Of a stretch of DNA of 64,000 bases, positions 37,621 through 50,746 are shown piece after piece (within the stretch, counting starts at the first letter, position 1; each line of letters begins with the position of its first letter). The stretch is from positions 434,001-498,000 of the forward strand of contig JBPGPT010000013.1 of assembly GCA_051047955.1 (NCBI GenBank), in the 5' to 3' direction. The stretch comes from Cystobasidiomycetes sp. EMM_F5. Taxonomy: Eukaryota. Under the pieces are notes generated by a model. That model had not been told where the DNA came from and made no database searches. It saw only the letters and a list, made by a program, of their open reading frames with translations. A program made the translations under genes and the position numbers.

Positions 37621-37842
37621 GCAGAGTCTCTAGACAGCATCAGAGCTGTGTGTCGTTTATGGCGCAAAGTTGGCCATGTTGCAAGTGTTGGTGGAGAGCA
37701 AAGTCGTATCTTATATTCAAGAATGAATTGCAACTATTGCTACATTGTCCATAATCATCAAGAAAATAGTAGTACAGAACGAACCGATATTGTCCTTTCG
37801 ATTGGGAAAATACGATAAAGTTTGCTACTTGGCGTGCAAGAA

Positions 37843-40800
37843 TTACGCATCAGGTTCGATAGGATGTCTCGCTTGACTAGGGGATGTACCCGACGAGCTC
37901 GGACGGTTGAGAGAGGTGGTCGAACGATTACTGTGGTAGGGTGACTGTGGAGCAAAGGAAGAAGGCGGTCGGCTCACAAGCGGGGCAGCCCCAGCTGGCA
38001 GCATGTCTGGCGAGTACGAGACGGAGGGAGGGCGGTGTGGGTCGGCCAACGGATGGACGTTGTAAGATGAAGGCTCTGAATTGCCCGAGTCTTGTCTAAG
38101 CTGGCTATCAGTCTTTGGAAGCGGTGCTTGCGCTGGTAATGGTGGAGGAGCTGGCACAAGAGGAGGCGCTTGATGAGCATTGAAGGGCAATCTGTCGGGC
38201 GGCACGCCGGTGGCCGGTGTAGGCGTCTGTTCGACCCATTCGAACGACGCTGCCTCTCTCAAAGGCGAGCCCGCGCAGCTTGCGGACGGATTCATCACCG
38301 CAAGCGGTAGAGGCGAGAGAGGCGCAGATGCTAAATACGCAGCATGCTGTTGCGGCTGGAAAATGCTGGCGCCCTGGCCGGGAAGTACCAGCTGACCCGG
38401 GCCAGGCGACTTTGATCTGCCCAACGATGACTTGACAGCGTTGGCCAAAGAAAGGCTGCCGGAACGAGCTCGTTGCGAAAAGCTTCGTCTAGGAGAACCA
38501 GATCCTGAGGGTGATAGTGAGCCAATGTGAGACTCTCCTGAAGACATGCTCGTGATATGATGCAGCAGGGCTGGGTCGACTCCTCCAACTTCGCCAGTTG
38601 TGTGCGTGAGCGCAGATCCTTCGCGCGATAGCGGTTGCGATGCATACGATGAATCGGACGGCGTGTAGTAATGCGGAGGTGTGCCAGCAAAAGCAGGCAG
38701 CAGATGACGAGGCGACAGCAGGTTTGGGTTGGGTAGATGAACTTGCTGCGCAGTATTGCCATGATCCCCGCTGTACGCTGAAGACGGTGCACCGAGAGAA
38801 CCGAGCTGAGTCTGTCGACTCGACTGAACGGCAGCATTGCTCTGGGGCGAGGCTGTCAGGCGGGCAGTATCGACAGAATTCCGCCAAGCTGGATCTCCAT
38901 CGTCGCCAGCAACCTCGGCGGAGCTAGATGACATACGCGGGTTTCGATATGGGTTATTCGGCTCATCCAGCACGGGCAGACCCTCGAAAATCTCCTTTCT
39001 ATGCGAAATGAGAAATTCTAGGCACTTATCCTTCGATGCACTTGATCCTGCAGCTATGGCAGCGGCGATGGTTGCAGCGCTATCTTCGGGAAAGAAAACT
39101 GGATTCAAACAGAGGGCCAGAGCTTGAGCTGACATTTTGTTCTGCTCAGAATGGGCAAGGACTCGGTCGAGGTGGGCCATCAGCATCTTGGCCGTTGCTT
39201 GATGTGACGCCGATAATCGACGGAGTCGCTTGATGAGCATCCGCAGAGCCTCTTCTTCTGATGCCATAGTGATGGCTTCTCTCGCTGACGCATCGAGGGG
39301 AAGCAATGGCTCCGGCAGTTGCCTTAGATAAAGCTGAGGAAGTAGAGACGAGATGTCAGGGCACACTGCATACTACGTTAGACGAACTCCCAAATTTACT
39401 CACCTTCAAGACACCGGCAACAGTATGAATGTCATGCCTGTCTGGATCGAACTCGAACATAATCTCATCCTGTTCTATTTCTTGTATGACCTGCTGGATG
39501 AGGCCGAGTTTACCTGGTATGCGATAGATGCCCTCAACTTCCAATCCACGAGAGTCTATCTCTAGGATCGCTCGCTGAACAGTAAGCCTACGCGAATTGG
39601 TGTTGAAGATTCGGTCAAATGTGACATGATTAGCTTTGTCGTACTGTCGAATTTGACAAAATTGGCCTACGGTACGAGTGTGCCATCATTTGCGGCAGTA
39701 TACTCGCTCAGTGAAACGCCAAAGATGAGAGAGTAGGAGACTCCAACATGATAATTAAGGTACGGTAGGGATTCTGAAAGTCCGCATAAGCCAAATACCG
39801 TAGCTGCGGTCAAGTCCGTATTACCACCCACCACCATTATATACAGTCACGCCCGCTGCATCAAGGTACTTCTTGCAATCCTCTGCCGAGTCGACTGCGA
39901 TTGCCGCCTGTCGCGCCTTGTCGGAGCATACTATCGAATGCCTTGCTCTGGAGATGACAGAATCCGAGTATTGGACAAAAGCGCCTGATATCGACACATA
40001 TCTCAGCATGTGGATTGATTGCCTTTGCGGATAATCGCCACTCACTCCTACACACATCTCCGAGCTCGTACGCGCACTCCGTCAGACTTCCAAAGCCCGC
40101 CTTGGACACTCGCTCTCTCTGCAGCCTCAGCGTTTCCAAGTGGTGTATGGCAGCTCTGTAAGCTGCATCAGCTTCTTCAGCCTCCCTCTTGGCTTTCGAT
40201 AGACGCTGCTGCGATATTGCAGCAGCTGTAGAAGACATGTGCGCAGATTGACGGTGCTGTCGATCCTTGTCCTTCTCGCGCACGTCTCTGTCCCGTGACG
40301 GATTCTCGGATCTCGTGGTGCTGGGCGGGGCCAAAGCATAATCAACTGCATTTACCGACTGAGACTGGCTGTCGTTTGGTCCTTGTTGAGGGAATGAAGG
40401 ACCGGTCCACGAGGAAGTCGATCCTCCACTCGCATCTCGCTGCTGCCCACCCACGACAGACGACGATCTCGATCTATCGCCGATGAAACCAGGCGAATTT
40501 TGCGGGTGTTGTCCACTCGTACTGATAGGCGAAGTGTACGTGTTAGTGTTTGTATTTCTCGCTTTGCCCAGCTTTGCTATCAAACTGTTTAGTTGCTGTC
40601 GGGAGGATTTGATGGCGGCAGATAGATTCGGTGGTCCACTGTCCTTGTCTTTGTCAACTCGTCCAACTGACGGCAATGGCGAGTCTTTATAGACTGATAT
40701 TGATGCAGCTCCAGCAGTCGCTATTGCCGACATCCCATCGGACTGCGACGGGGGGACAGGCATACCGGTATAAGTATAGCCTGAGCTGCCATACGATTCT

Positions 40801-41732
40801 GGCATTCCTAGAGTATGAAGTTCCGGCCCACTTGGCTGCTGAAGTGGATACTGTAGGTGATTTGTATAAGCGAGGTGCGAGGGAGAGGCGTTGTTATGCA
40901 AGTTGGCTGGAATGGGCGACGTTGCGGCTGATCTGCTGATGCCGTGATGATTTTGTGACGAACCAGAATGTGACGATGTCGACGCTTTTGTATTGCCTCC
41001 AGTGAGATGGGGAGGGGAGCCTACGGAGAAAGCCTGAGCGTGTTCTTTGCCTAGTTGAGCTGCGTCATCCGATTTTCGAGCATACACCCTCTGCAGCTTG
41101 AGGGTATGCGTCTTGTACTCTTTGTGCTCTGCGACTACATTTCTCGCTTCCTCTGCAATCCTCCTCCTCTGCCTGTCCTTCTGATCGCGAAAGGCGGTGA
41201 GGGGATCAATGACGCTCCGTTTCAGTGCGTCGACGAGTATCCTCCTGTCGCTCAGCTCGGCGTAGGTGATTGCGCGCATCTGTAGCCATGCAATCTGTAT
41301 TCCAGAGTCCCACCTCGCAAAGAGCGATGCGGACGACGCGGGTTGTCGTTTGTCAATCTCGTCCTGTTTGGCTATGAGCTGAGGGGGGGGGGGGGGGTGA
41401 GCGGTGTCAGAGTGTTTTGTGGAATGCGTGGACACGTTGTTGCGATATCGTAACGTCTCCAAGGGAATACCCACCTTTTCGAGCCCTGGGAATGGGAGTG
41501 TCAGTACGGAATCCCTCCAGCACCATGACTAGACCTCCTCACCGTCCACATACTGCTGTTCGAGGTCAGCTCTGCGGAATGAACCCAGTCCAGCCCATCA
41601 ACAAGTCCGCCCCGTCAGTCGATATCCTTCCCCCCAAATGGCCGAGACTGCCCACCTCCGCTTGAAGAAGACTATAGCCCTGTCGCAGAATGCTGTGAGC
41701 TGCTTGAATGCGTCGTCTGCGTCGAGCTGCAT
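37843..41732 (-). CDS. F-BAR (FCH) + RhoGAP protein (Rgd1/Rga7-like)
   Basis: N-terminal FFKRRADLEQQYVDGLEKL helical F-BAR; RhoGAP motifs GLEVEGIYRIPG, DIHTVAGVLK, YLRQLPEPL, HLDRV..NKMSAQALA; Ser/Pro-rich tail. Confidence 0.85.
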
Positions 41733-41870
41733 GATTCCAGCGATATCTCGAATTGGGCGGGCTCATCGGCGATGGAGTGTTTGAGCAGCCCAAGTCATGG
41801 TCATTCTGAGAGCATTGTCATGTTATCATGTGCATTGTCAGGTTATTGCTCGGTTGTAATCAATCCAAGC

Positions 41871-41910
41871 TCCATTTGAATCCATTTGAATCCATTTCAA
41901 TCCATTTGTA
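41871..41910. repeat. 10-bp tandem repeat (TCCATTTGAA)x4, degenerate, in AT-rich divergent intergenic region
   Basis: tccatttgaa tccatttgaa tccatttcaa tccatttgta. Confidence 0.8.
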
Positions 41911-42117
41911 TCAATCCAAAGCAACAGAGTCTTGTAGCATGGAATAGTATCGATATACTGAGCATTAGTATCTGATTATATCCATTACTCTTTATTGTAA
42001 TTGAATATCCTGGGGCACCGGGATTGTAATTGTAATCCACATTAACAATCGCAGCTCTCCATTACACCGTCAACACTGCGACACTCGATATCCAGCATTA
42101 ACAACACCCAGCTCAGC

Positions 42118-45100
42118 ATGCCGTCCCACTCGCCGCTGCCCAGTTCGAGCCTGCCAAAGGTGCGCCAAATGACGGGCAAACGTGCTGAAAGATGGAGGAT
42201 ATCTGATAAGAAGAATGTGTTGATGGACGATATGCTAATGCTTCTATCCATCGTACTAGGAATGCGCCAAAGCTGCCCGTATCTTCAACTCGTTTGAGCG
42301 CATCATCCCCCACGAGCTTCTCTCCCAGGCCAGAGGGTTTGCCATACTCACAGTCGCAAAGGCCGGCTTCTTGTTCAGCGGTGGGGGGAATGAATATTAC
42401 ACTACATTCTAATATGCGCTGACACTCTTCCTCCAGCAAGAGCCGGGAGCGGTCTCGTTATCGTAAAGCTCCAAAACGGATGTACGTCAGAGCGGGGCAA
42501 CGTCCAACAAGCAAGGCAGGCTAACTACGATTGATGTTTATTACACCTCTTCTATTCCTCTGACACAGCGTGGTCTGCACCGTCGGCTATCGGGACTGGC
42601 GGACTAGGCGTGGGAGGACAAGTCGGGGCAGAACTGTCGGAATTTGTAATCATCCTAAACTCGAGAGCAGCAGTCCAGAGCTTCATGAGTAGCGGAAGCG
42701 TAAACATGTGAGTGGTGTCAATCACCGCAATTGTCGCTCGAGGCGATGGCTTGAAGAATGCTGACGTCGTAGTTTCCTCCTTCTCCGCTTGCTCATGTGC
42801 CCGTCAATCAACTCATCCCATCGTCAACATGTATTCGCTCTTCGTATCACTCTCACCAGCGGCGGTAACATGTCGATAGCAGTAGGGCCTATCGGGAGAA
42901 ATGCCGAGGCATCGGGAAACTTGAACAAGATGGCAGCCATGTATTCGTATGCCAAGGTAGGCAAGGCATTTCTGCACGTTTGAGCATCCATCGAATATTG
43001 GTTCACACACAGACAAGAGGCTTGTTTGGAGGAGCTTCGCTCGAAGGGTCTATCATTATCGAGAGAAGCGATGCCAATAATCGAGCATATGCGTCATATC
43101 TCGACGATGAGCATGGACGATGGGGCGGGTCAGGCAAGAATAGTGGATCGATTACTGCGCGGCAACTGCTATCAGGTCAGGTAGAATGTCCGCCATGGGC
43201 TTCAGCGCTCGTAGCCGCAATTGAGCGGTGCACAGGCGGGAGCAGTCGAGATGTACGAGATGACTGGGGAGCAGCAGACAACACTCAAGATACCTCCGAC
43301 AGCGACAGCTCGTCTGGGAATACGCGTCGAAAGAACCGGTCAGGCAGGGGTGGCAGCGATTCAAACAGGGACCGCGGGTATTCGTTTGGTGAAGAAGGCA
43401 AGGGTCACCTCAGTAACGACAGCTATGCACGGGATCCCGAATGGAACTCGCCGTCCAATACCCAAGACAGCAAAAAAAGTAGGCTGAGAGGCTACTCCCT
43501 CGGGTCTTTTGGGCGGTCAATGTCTGGTGGCAAGAGCGGATCTGGGGGTGGTGGGCGAGAACGCAGCTGGACGACATCAAACGCCTCTCCTGCACAGACC
43601 TCACGGCCCTCCTTCAGGTCCGATACTTCGTTTGGCGATTACGATTTATACGATGAAGAGGCTGCTCGAGCAGACTATGAAGATTTCTCAAATGATCCTG
43701 CGGCTGTCAAAGCAAGAGCAAGACGTCGTGCGCGCGAGCAGGATGATGTTCCAGATTCTCCTGGCGGAAGTATAGCCTCAAGAGGTAGCACGAGCGGACG
43801 ATTCAAGGAATTCATGACACGTCCGATGCTGCCATCTCGGAAAAGTACTTCGGCAGCAGCAGAATTCAAGAGAGACAGAGATATGGACCTGTCAGCTTCA
43901 ACAAACTCCAATTCTCGAAACAGGAGTGCAAGTAAATCTAGTCTGGGCTTTGGTGCGTTCGGCCGAAGTTCAAGCAAGAAACAGCTAGAGTATGGGGGAC
44001 GCTATCAAGAAGAGGATGAGGACAATGCAGATGTTAGCGGCTCACGCAATTCAGCTGGATGGCGAGATACTTCGAGGGAGGAAAGCGCTCGAAATACATC
44101 CGCGTTTGGTACGCAATTCAGAAGCGGCACGCCCGACGAATTCGATGAAGAAGATGAGGATACGAGCCGCCGGAGCCGATCGGGTACCATGAGAGCTGGT
44201 ACCAGCTCTCCCTTTGCGGATTCCTTTGATCCAGACGGCGGGCGCAATAGGAACGCACAACGGGAAGGCATGTTTGACCGTATCGACGCTCGAGAATACG
44301 AGAACGATGAAGGTGACGATTGGGGTATGTCATCGTATGGCGATAAAGGGGGAAGTCCGAGCTATTCTCCTGCGACCCTTGAGAAACGCAAGGACAAGAA
44401 GCGATCTATACTGAGCAAAGGTGCAAATGTCATCAAGTCTGTCCGCCCAGGCGCAAAACGCGCTAGTACAGCACCCGCATTTGGTCGCTCGTCCTTATAC
44501 AACAATGGCGCCGATGATGACGATGGGAACAATGACTACTTTGGCAAATCTCGTGGAAAGGGCCGACGTAATGAAGACCAAGATCCTATCACGCCCACAG
44601 GCTTTGGTTCGCAGTACGATGATCACCTGGCTGTAGCAAGAGGCGAAGCAAAGGATCCATTCTCTGCTGAAGAGATGGCAATACGCCGCAGCCGTAGCCG
44701 AAGTTCGAGTGGCAGTGAAGATGGAGGTAGACGCAGTCCTGCATCTCCCGTCCGCCAAAGTACTCGGGATCGGCGTGCAGGGAATGGATACGGCAATGAT
44801 GGCAGCGGGGCATTCTTTTCGTCCCGTGATCAGAGGGATCTACTAGATACGCTCGACGAGGACGACGACGATGATGCTCGCGATCATCGATTGTCCTCGT
44901 CACTGAGCTCGCACGAGCCTGTTCAGCCCAGACATCGGCTAGATGCGGCTGGGAGAGACGATGATGATGCTCGTTCGCTGCGAAGCTTGGACTCTGATCA
45001 GGATTTCACGTTTGGCGAACGTGCTATACGCATAATCAAGCCTGGCGATACTGATGGGTCGGCATCCAAGACAGCAGGACGCAGGATGCCTCCACTTCCT

Positions 45101-45364
45101 GCTGCGAGTAGCGATCGTGAATATGTCGTTGCAATCTACGACTTTGATGGAGGCGAGGTACGCATGTCCGCTTCGGCGAAACACACGAAACTGATTATGT
45201 TTGTCTCGCTGCCTCCTTGTATGCAGGCTGCGGATCTATCATTCAAAAAGGGTGACGTGCTGGAAGTAGTCGGCAAAGATGATCCAGACTGGTGGACCGG
45301 GCGGAACTCTGCTGGCCAGACGGGCATCATACCCGTCAACCGGACAAAGCCGCATCAGGTGTAG
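42118..45364 (+). CDS. Ysc84/Lsb3-family SYLF + SH3 actin-binding endocytic protein
   Basis: ECAKAARIF..GFAILTVAKAGFLFSARAGSG, SWSAPSAIG, GGQVGAELSEFV, AVGPIGRNAEA, TRGLFGGASLEG; C-terminal SH3 (VAIYDFDG..DLSFKKGD..DWWTG..GIIPVN). Confidence 0.9.
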
Positions 45365-45580
45365 GTTGCTCATGACCAGGAGCATGTGTGTATCCTTATA
45401 GAGTAATTTAGCTTGTTTAGCATTACATTAAGTAGCATTTGTAGCGTTATTTCACAGAAGGATATCTCACAATTGATAGAGGCCTTTGTATAGGCTGGGA
45501 AACCGCAATACAACAACAAAGTGTGACGAACTTAACATACGCAGATGACGAGCGAGCTGTGAGTGTGAACGGCGTCTCCG

Positions 45581-46152
45581 CTACCGCAATCTGCCCAGAT
45601 TTTCAGCACCATGCCACGGCGTGTGGAATGGCGAGTATATCCCTGTAATGCCAATCAGCCAGACTGTCCAAGTAAACATCAAACGCGCCCACTCACCGCG
45701 AACACTCTCCGTTGTGCTCTTTACCGGATGTCCTTTTTCTCGACGGAGCTTGTCGCCGGAAGCGTCCAAGACGAGCTGGACTTTCTGTTCGATAGCGGAG
45801 GGTTCGAGGTTGCGCACGCACACGACCTTGTCTCGGTTATTGACTGGGGATGGATAATTCAGTATGGTCTATATTGGCGTTCATTTTGAAGTAAAGACTG
45901 ACCATACAGCCCACGAACGACTGGATGCCTGTTTGGACGGCGACGGACGATAAATTCGACGCTCGGATTGTTTCTTGCAAGCTTCTCCACTCCGCTGGCG
46001 CTGGCTACAAACCTGCGCATCCCGTCGCTCGAGCCCCACTGCTCGCAGTATTCAATGATGAGCTTCCTGATGGGTCGCACAAAGAGCGTGTGCCCGTTGC
46101 TCGCAGAGGTGCTGCCCAACGATGCGCGCAGTATTGGTTGAATTGGGGGCAT
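45581..46152 (-). CDS. MRPL51: Mitochondrial ribosomal protein mL43
   Basis: FVRPIRKLIIEYCEQWGSSDGMR..NPSVEF..RPNRHPVVRGLY..VCVRNL..ESVRGIYSPFH. Confidence 0.88.
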
Positions 46153-46507
46153 GGCTGAGGCAGAATATTGCGCGGTTGGAGCAAGTCGAAAGAGGTTGCT
46201 GATGTGGGATTTGAAGATATTATCGAATCGAATACTGACGAGCTAATCAACTTATATCAAGCTGACTGAGAGATATTTATCATGTTAATGACGTCCCGAA
46301 TGACTCTATGGCGAGCCACCTCGTTTTCCAAGCATAGATATTGAGCAAGACCCGCCTGCTGACGACAGGTTATGAGCGATACTCCAGACTCCTCACCAGA
46401 CAAGCTGACACTGCACAGCTGCACATGGACCAAATTATTCATCATTGAAATATACACCCTGTCGTAACAAACCTGCACTTTCGCAGCATCACCAGCAACC
46501 ATCGTCC

Positions 46508-48623
46508 ATGCGCGCGCGGATTGGACGTGGCTGGCATGCCGTGTATGGCTTCATGTGCATACTGCGCCAAGTACAAGGACTACCCGTCAACGAAGTCGCG
46601 ATATCGGCTGTACTCTCGTCCGGAATGATTGTCTTTACTGGACCCGCGCCATCTACTCAAGTGGCCCGCCCCACACCGACAACAATTCCGCCATTGCCAG
46701 CACTCGGTACAACTCGCACCACAGTCACCTATACTCGCACAGTCGTGATGGAAGCAACTACTTCTGCCTCTACAGATGATGCCCCATCCTCACCATCGAC
46801 TTGGTCTCAGCCGGCGGTCTTTGGCAAAAACTTGACTTCAGAATTCGCCATACAACGCTGGGCATGGGGCCAGACGCTCGTGACGGTTCTTTCTGGAATT
46901 CCTAGCACCGCCACGCCTTCTCCAACGAAATCGCTTGCTACACAGAATTCGGCACGACCTTCCACTTCGCCAAAACCGCAATCTAAACAGGTCTTGCAAG
47001 TCAAATACCCAAAAGATTCTGTCAACCCAGCTGCAAGACCGCAAGGCGGAGTTGGGTTTTACGCGAGTGCTTGTAAATCTTCTCCGTTACATTGATTGTG
47101 GCCTCAAATTCGCTGACTATGCTCATAGTGGACCTGTCGTCTGCTACCAATGTGTCATTTGCATACTCTGTATACTTTCCCGCCGACTTTGACTTCGTGC
47201 AAGTGTTCTTGCTTCTTACCTGCTGGGCCGCCTATTGCTGAGAGACCTTTACCTATGCAGCAAAGGCGGGAAACTACCTGGCCTGTATGGCGGGCACGGC
47301 GGATGTTCTGGAGGGGAGGAAAGCGAAGACTGCTTCTCGACACGCCTCATGTTTCGGAAAGATGGGATGGGCGAATTGTATCTGTACGTACCGAAAGGAG
47401 ACGACAACGGCTCAAACGGTCAATCGGCTCAGCTCTGTTCGATGCCGCCAACTACGTACTGCGATTCGACGTATGGCTACTCGATTGGGAGAGGCTCTTG
47501 GACATTCAAGCGAGGTAGATGGTCCGATGTACGACAGGATATTTGGCTCAACACGCCCGGAAAACAGGATGGCGGTTTCAACATTTGGTGAGGAATAGAT
47601 CTCTGAGTACACAGTTGTTGAAGACTCATACAAGGATTTGTCAACAGGGTCAATGGCGATTTAGTACTACATTCGGACTCTGTAATGTATCGTCGCGCGA
47701 CTGGCAAGGCAGCAGAAGCCGAACAACCAAATGAGGTCACCGACAGCAGTAGCGATGCGGATCATGGATCGAACGATGCATCCTCAGCGCCTGACGAGGA
47801 TGACGGGAGCGGAGATACCGAACCCCCCTCGGACAGCGGCGACGAGTCGACTCCCGTTCTCACAGCACCGGAAATTCCTGCCCTGCCTACACCAGCTGTT
47901 ATCGCTGATGGACTAGGCGAGGCTGCAGGTATGGTTGCTGCACAGGGTTCGGCGGCGCCTCCGAAGTCCCCTTTAGCGTCAGGTCTCTCAATCGGATCTC
48001 TGCTGAGCGGGGAAGCGGCTGCTCTTGGTGCAGTCGCTGGACACGTATTGAATGTGGACAAAGCGGTGTCCTATCCAATTGTAAAGCAAATGGAGACGAG
48101 AGGGGATAATCTGGCGCAAGAAAAGCTTTCCTTGCTGAAACCGGAAGGAGAGTATAGAATGAGTGTCTTCAACACTTCGAACGAGTTTCTCCAGCCCGTC
48201 AGAATATCAGTATCGACAACTCCTCCAATCGTGGGCAACGCGTCGTCGATTGCAATGGATCCGCCTCGTTTACAGCGTATGCCGATATCCAAGCGGAATA
48301 CTACTTCAGCAATACTCGCGACACCACCAGACTCGGCTGTGCAGATCGGGCCGTTCTACGTCGACGCTCTTCATAATGAGGGTATGGAGGGGAATACGGC
48401 CCCGTCGTTCGTGTCGAAAGCCAAGGCTTCTCCGAACAACAAGCCGGTGGCTTTCCTCGGCATCATGTTTGGTGGGTCGATAGTCATTTTCTTAGTCGGA
48501 AAGGACTGATGATGGCTTCTCCACTGCGCAGACACATTCTTTGGGGGGAGTGACCCAAGTTGGGCTTCTCCGCGCGACCAGTATTCCTATTTTAATTCTT
48601 TGAGTTTGAGAATCAATGGCTAG
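46508..48623 (+). CDS. Polysaccharide lyase family 14 protein with long low-complexity insert
   Basis: LQVKYPKDSVNP..GGVGFYA, FAYSVYFPADFDFVKGGKLPGLYGG, CFSTRLMFRKDGMGELYLY, YGYSIGRGSW, TFFGGSDPSWASP. Confidence 0.85.
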
Positions 48624-48741
48624 CCTGTACGACGGGGAACATCAGGGTGTTGTACAAATGAAAAGACATGTCAATAGCGGTATTCCATTTGATAATCGTC
48701 AATTCTGTCTTGACCATCCGCCAACAATTGCAAGATGCAGG

Positions 48742-50679
48742 ATGTTTCCGACGCTCGGTCTGCTGTCGAGCGTGCGATGTCCCGACATGCTCAACGGCAG
48801 CGTCGCCTGCAAACGCGTTCCCTGCCTTTTCAGCCATTCCATCGCTCCCCCAATTGCTGCCAGAGTGTTTCCATCCATTACTGACAGCGACAATGGCAAG
48901 CGGGCTGCCTCTTTTGCGTCGACGGCGGACACTACGAGGCCCGTCAAGAAGGTCAGATCTCTGTTTGCAGGCTCAGCGTCCTCGTCGCAGTCGGTAAAGA
49001 CCGAGCACCATACTCGCGCAAACGACGAAGCGAGCACTTCGACCAAACCTGTAGGACCACTCAGGACAACGCAGAGCCTGCCTTTGACCAAGTCGCGGTT
49101 TGAGATTACCGGGTCGGGCAAGGTCATCAAGCATGCGATACCGACGGCGAGAATGTTTGGACAGGCTACGACGTCGGGCACGTCCCATGCCGCCGGGAAA
49201 CTCGCCAGTGCTAGCTCGTCCAAGGGCAAAGAGCCGGCTACGTCTAGGCCTATCTCGAGCAACGTGCCAATATCTGCCGAACCCCCAAAGCTGTCAGTCA
49301 GCCCGACTAATCCCCACACTCCTCTGGCAACGAGAAACGCAATGATCCGAAACATGCACAAGGAATTCATGACAATATACGTGCAGTTGTCTCCAAGAGG
49401 TGCTGCGTTGCGACTGGCTGCCCAGCATGCACTTGCGCAGGAAGCTGCCATGTACAGCAAGAACAACAAGCACTCTTACAGAAACGCGTGTATAGCAATA
49501 ACCGCTCGCCTCAAGAAACGTCCGCCGGCAAGTTCGGTCAACGACACAGGTACAATGGAGGAGTACGATGCTCGCATCAAGGAGAACGAGGAGCGATTAC
49601 GCACCCATCTGAGTCTCGATAGAGCTAGACTTCTGACCCTCGACAAAGATGCCATGGTCAAGCATGATTACATTACTACTGTACCATCAGCATCAGGCGG
49701 CAACATACCTACCGAGGAAGGTGGGGTCAAGAAGTGTGACCGGTGCGGAACAGAGTTTGTCGTGCACGGTAATCTCACGACAGCAGAGAATAATGCATGC
49801 AGACATCACTGGGGCAGATTGGAACCGCCTAGCAAGGGTGAGATACATCTGTACAGGGTATAACGCATCCAAACTAAGGCTACGGAACAGGCGACAAGTC
49901 CAGACACTTTTCCTGCTGTCAGTCTACGCCAGAGTCTGGTGGCTGCATAACAGGGCCACATGTCTTCAACGAAAAATCGGCGGAGGAGCTCCACTCTCGT
50001 GTCGCTTTTGTTCGTACGTCGAAGTTACCTCGGTCTCAGGATGCCGTTCCCTTGCCCATCGCAGCTCTAGACTGCGAGATGGTGTACACGACTGCGGGTC
50101 TGTCCATAGCGCGCCTCACTCTTGTCGACGCCGAAGGCAAAGTGATTCTCGACGAATACCTAATTCCGAATGGATTGGTCGTTGATTATGTGACCAGATG
50201 GAGTGGCATAAGAGAAGGAGACCTGGCTAAAGCAAAATGGAATCTGGCAGACTTCCAGCAGAATGTTTTGGGCGATTACATAGACGGCAATACTAGTGAG
50301 CATGTTTTCCCGTATTTTATTGACGATGAGTTTGACGGAGCTCCCCCGCAAGTCCTTATCGGTCACGGGCTCGAGAATGATTTAAAAGCTCTGAGGCTCG
50401 TTCCGCGCATCGGGCAAGTAATAGATACTGCAGCACTGTATCCTCATCCTAGAGGCTTGCCCTACCGCTACAGTCTGAAGATACTGACTAAAGAGCATCT
50501 CATGCAATGTGAGCGGGATCACAAAATGCAGCGGCAAACCAGCTGACTATCCTGCTCGCGCAGTCATACAAGATTCCGGTGCGTCTGGACACAGCTCAGC
50601 CATCGATGCCAAAGCGGCCTTGGACTTGACAAGGATGAAAGCTGTCAAGTCTTTGACGTCTATGTCCGCCGTGACGTGA
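48742..50679 (+). CDS. DEDDh RNA 3'-5' exonuclease (Rex3/REXO1-like)
   Basis: MFPTLGLL..CPD..C.R.PCLFSH N-terminus, CDRC..C.HHWG zinc motif, ALDCEMVYT, IGHGLENDL, GHSSAIDAKAAL. Confidence 0.88.
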
Positions 50680-50746
50680 TATTTTAGGACCAGTACCTGT
50701 TACATGGAATTCTGTTCTTGTCCGAACGCAGGCCCTTTGCAGATGA

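Noticed and set aside
41383..41397. G15 run as a G-quadruplex or poly-Pro coding stretch
   Set aside because: On the gene (minus) strand it is the poly-C pyrimidine tract between a CTGAC branch point and the CAG acceptor of a RhoGAP intron.
48699..49469. Long antisense ORFs (also 17973-18647, 55429-56160, 8304-9023)
   Set aside because: They are antisense shadows or alternative frames of well-supported genes.
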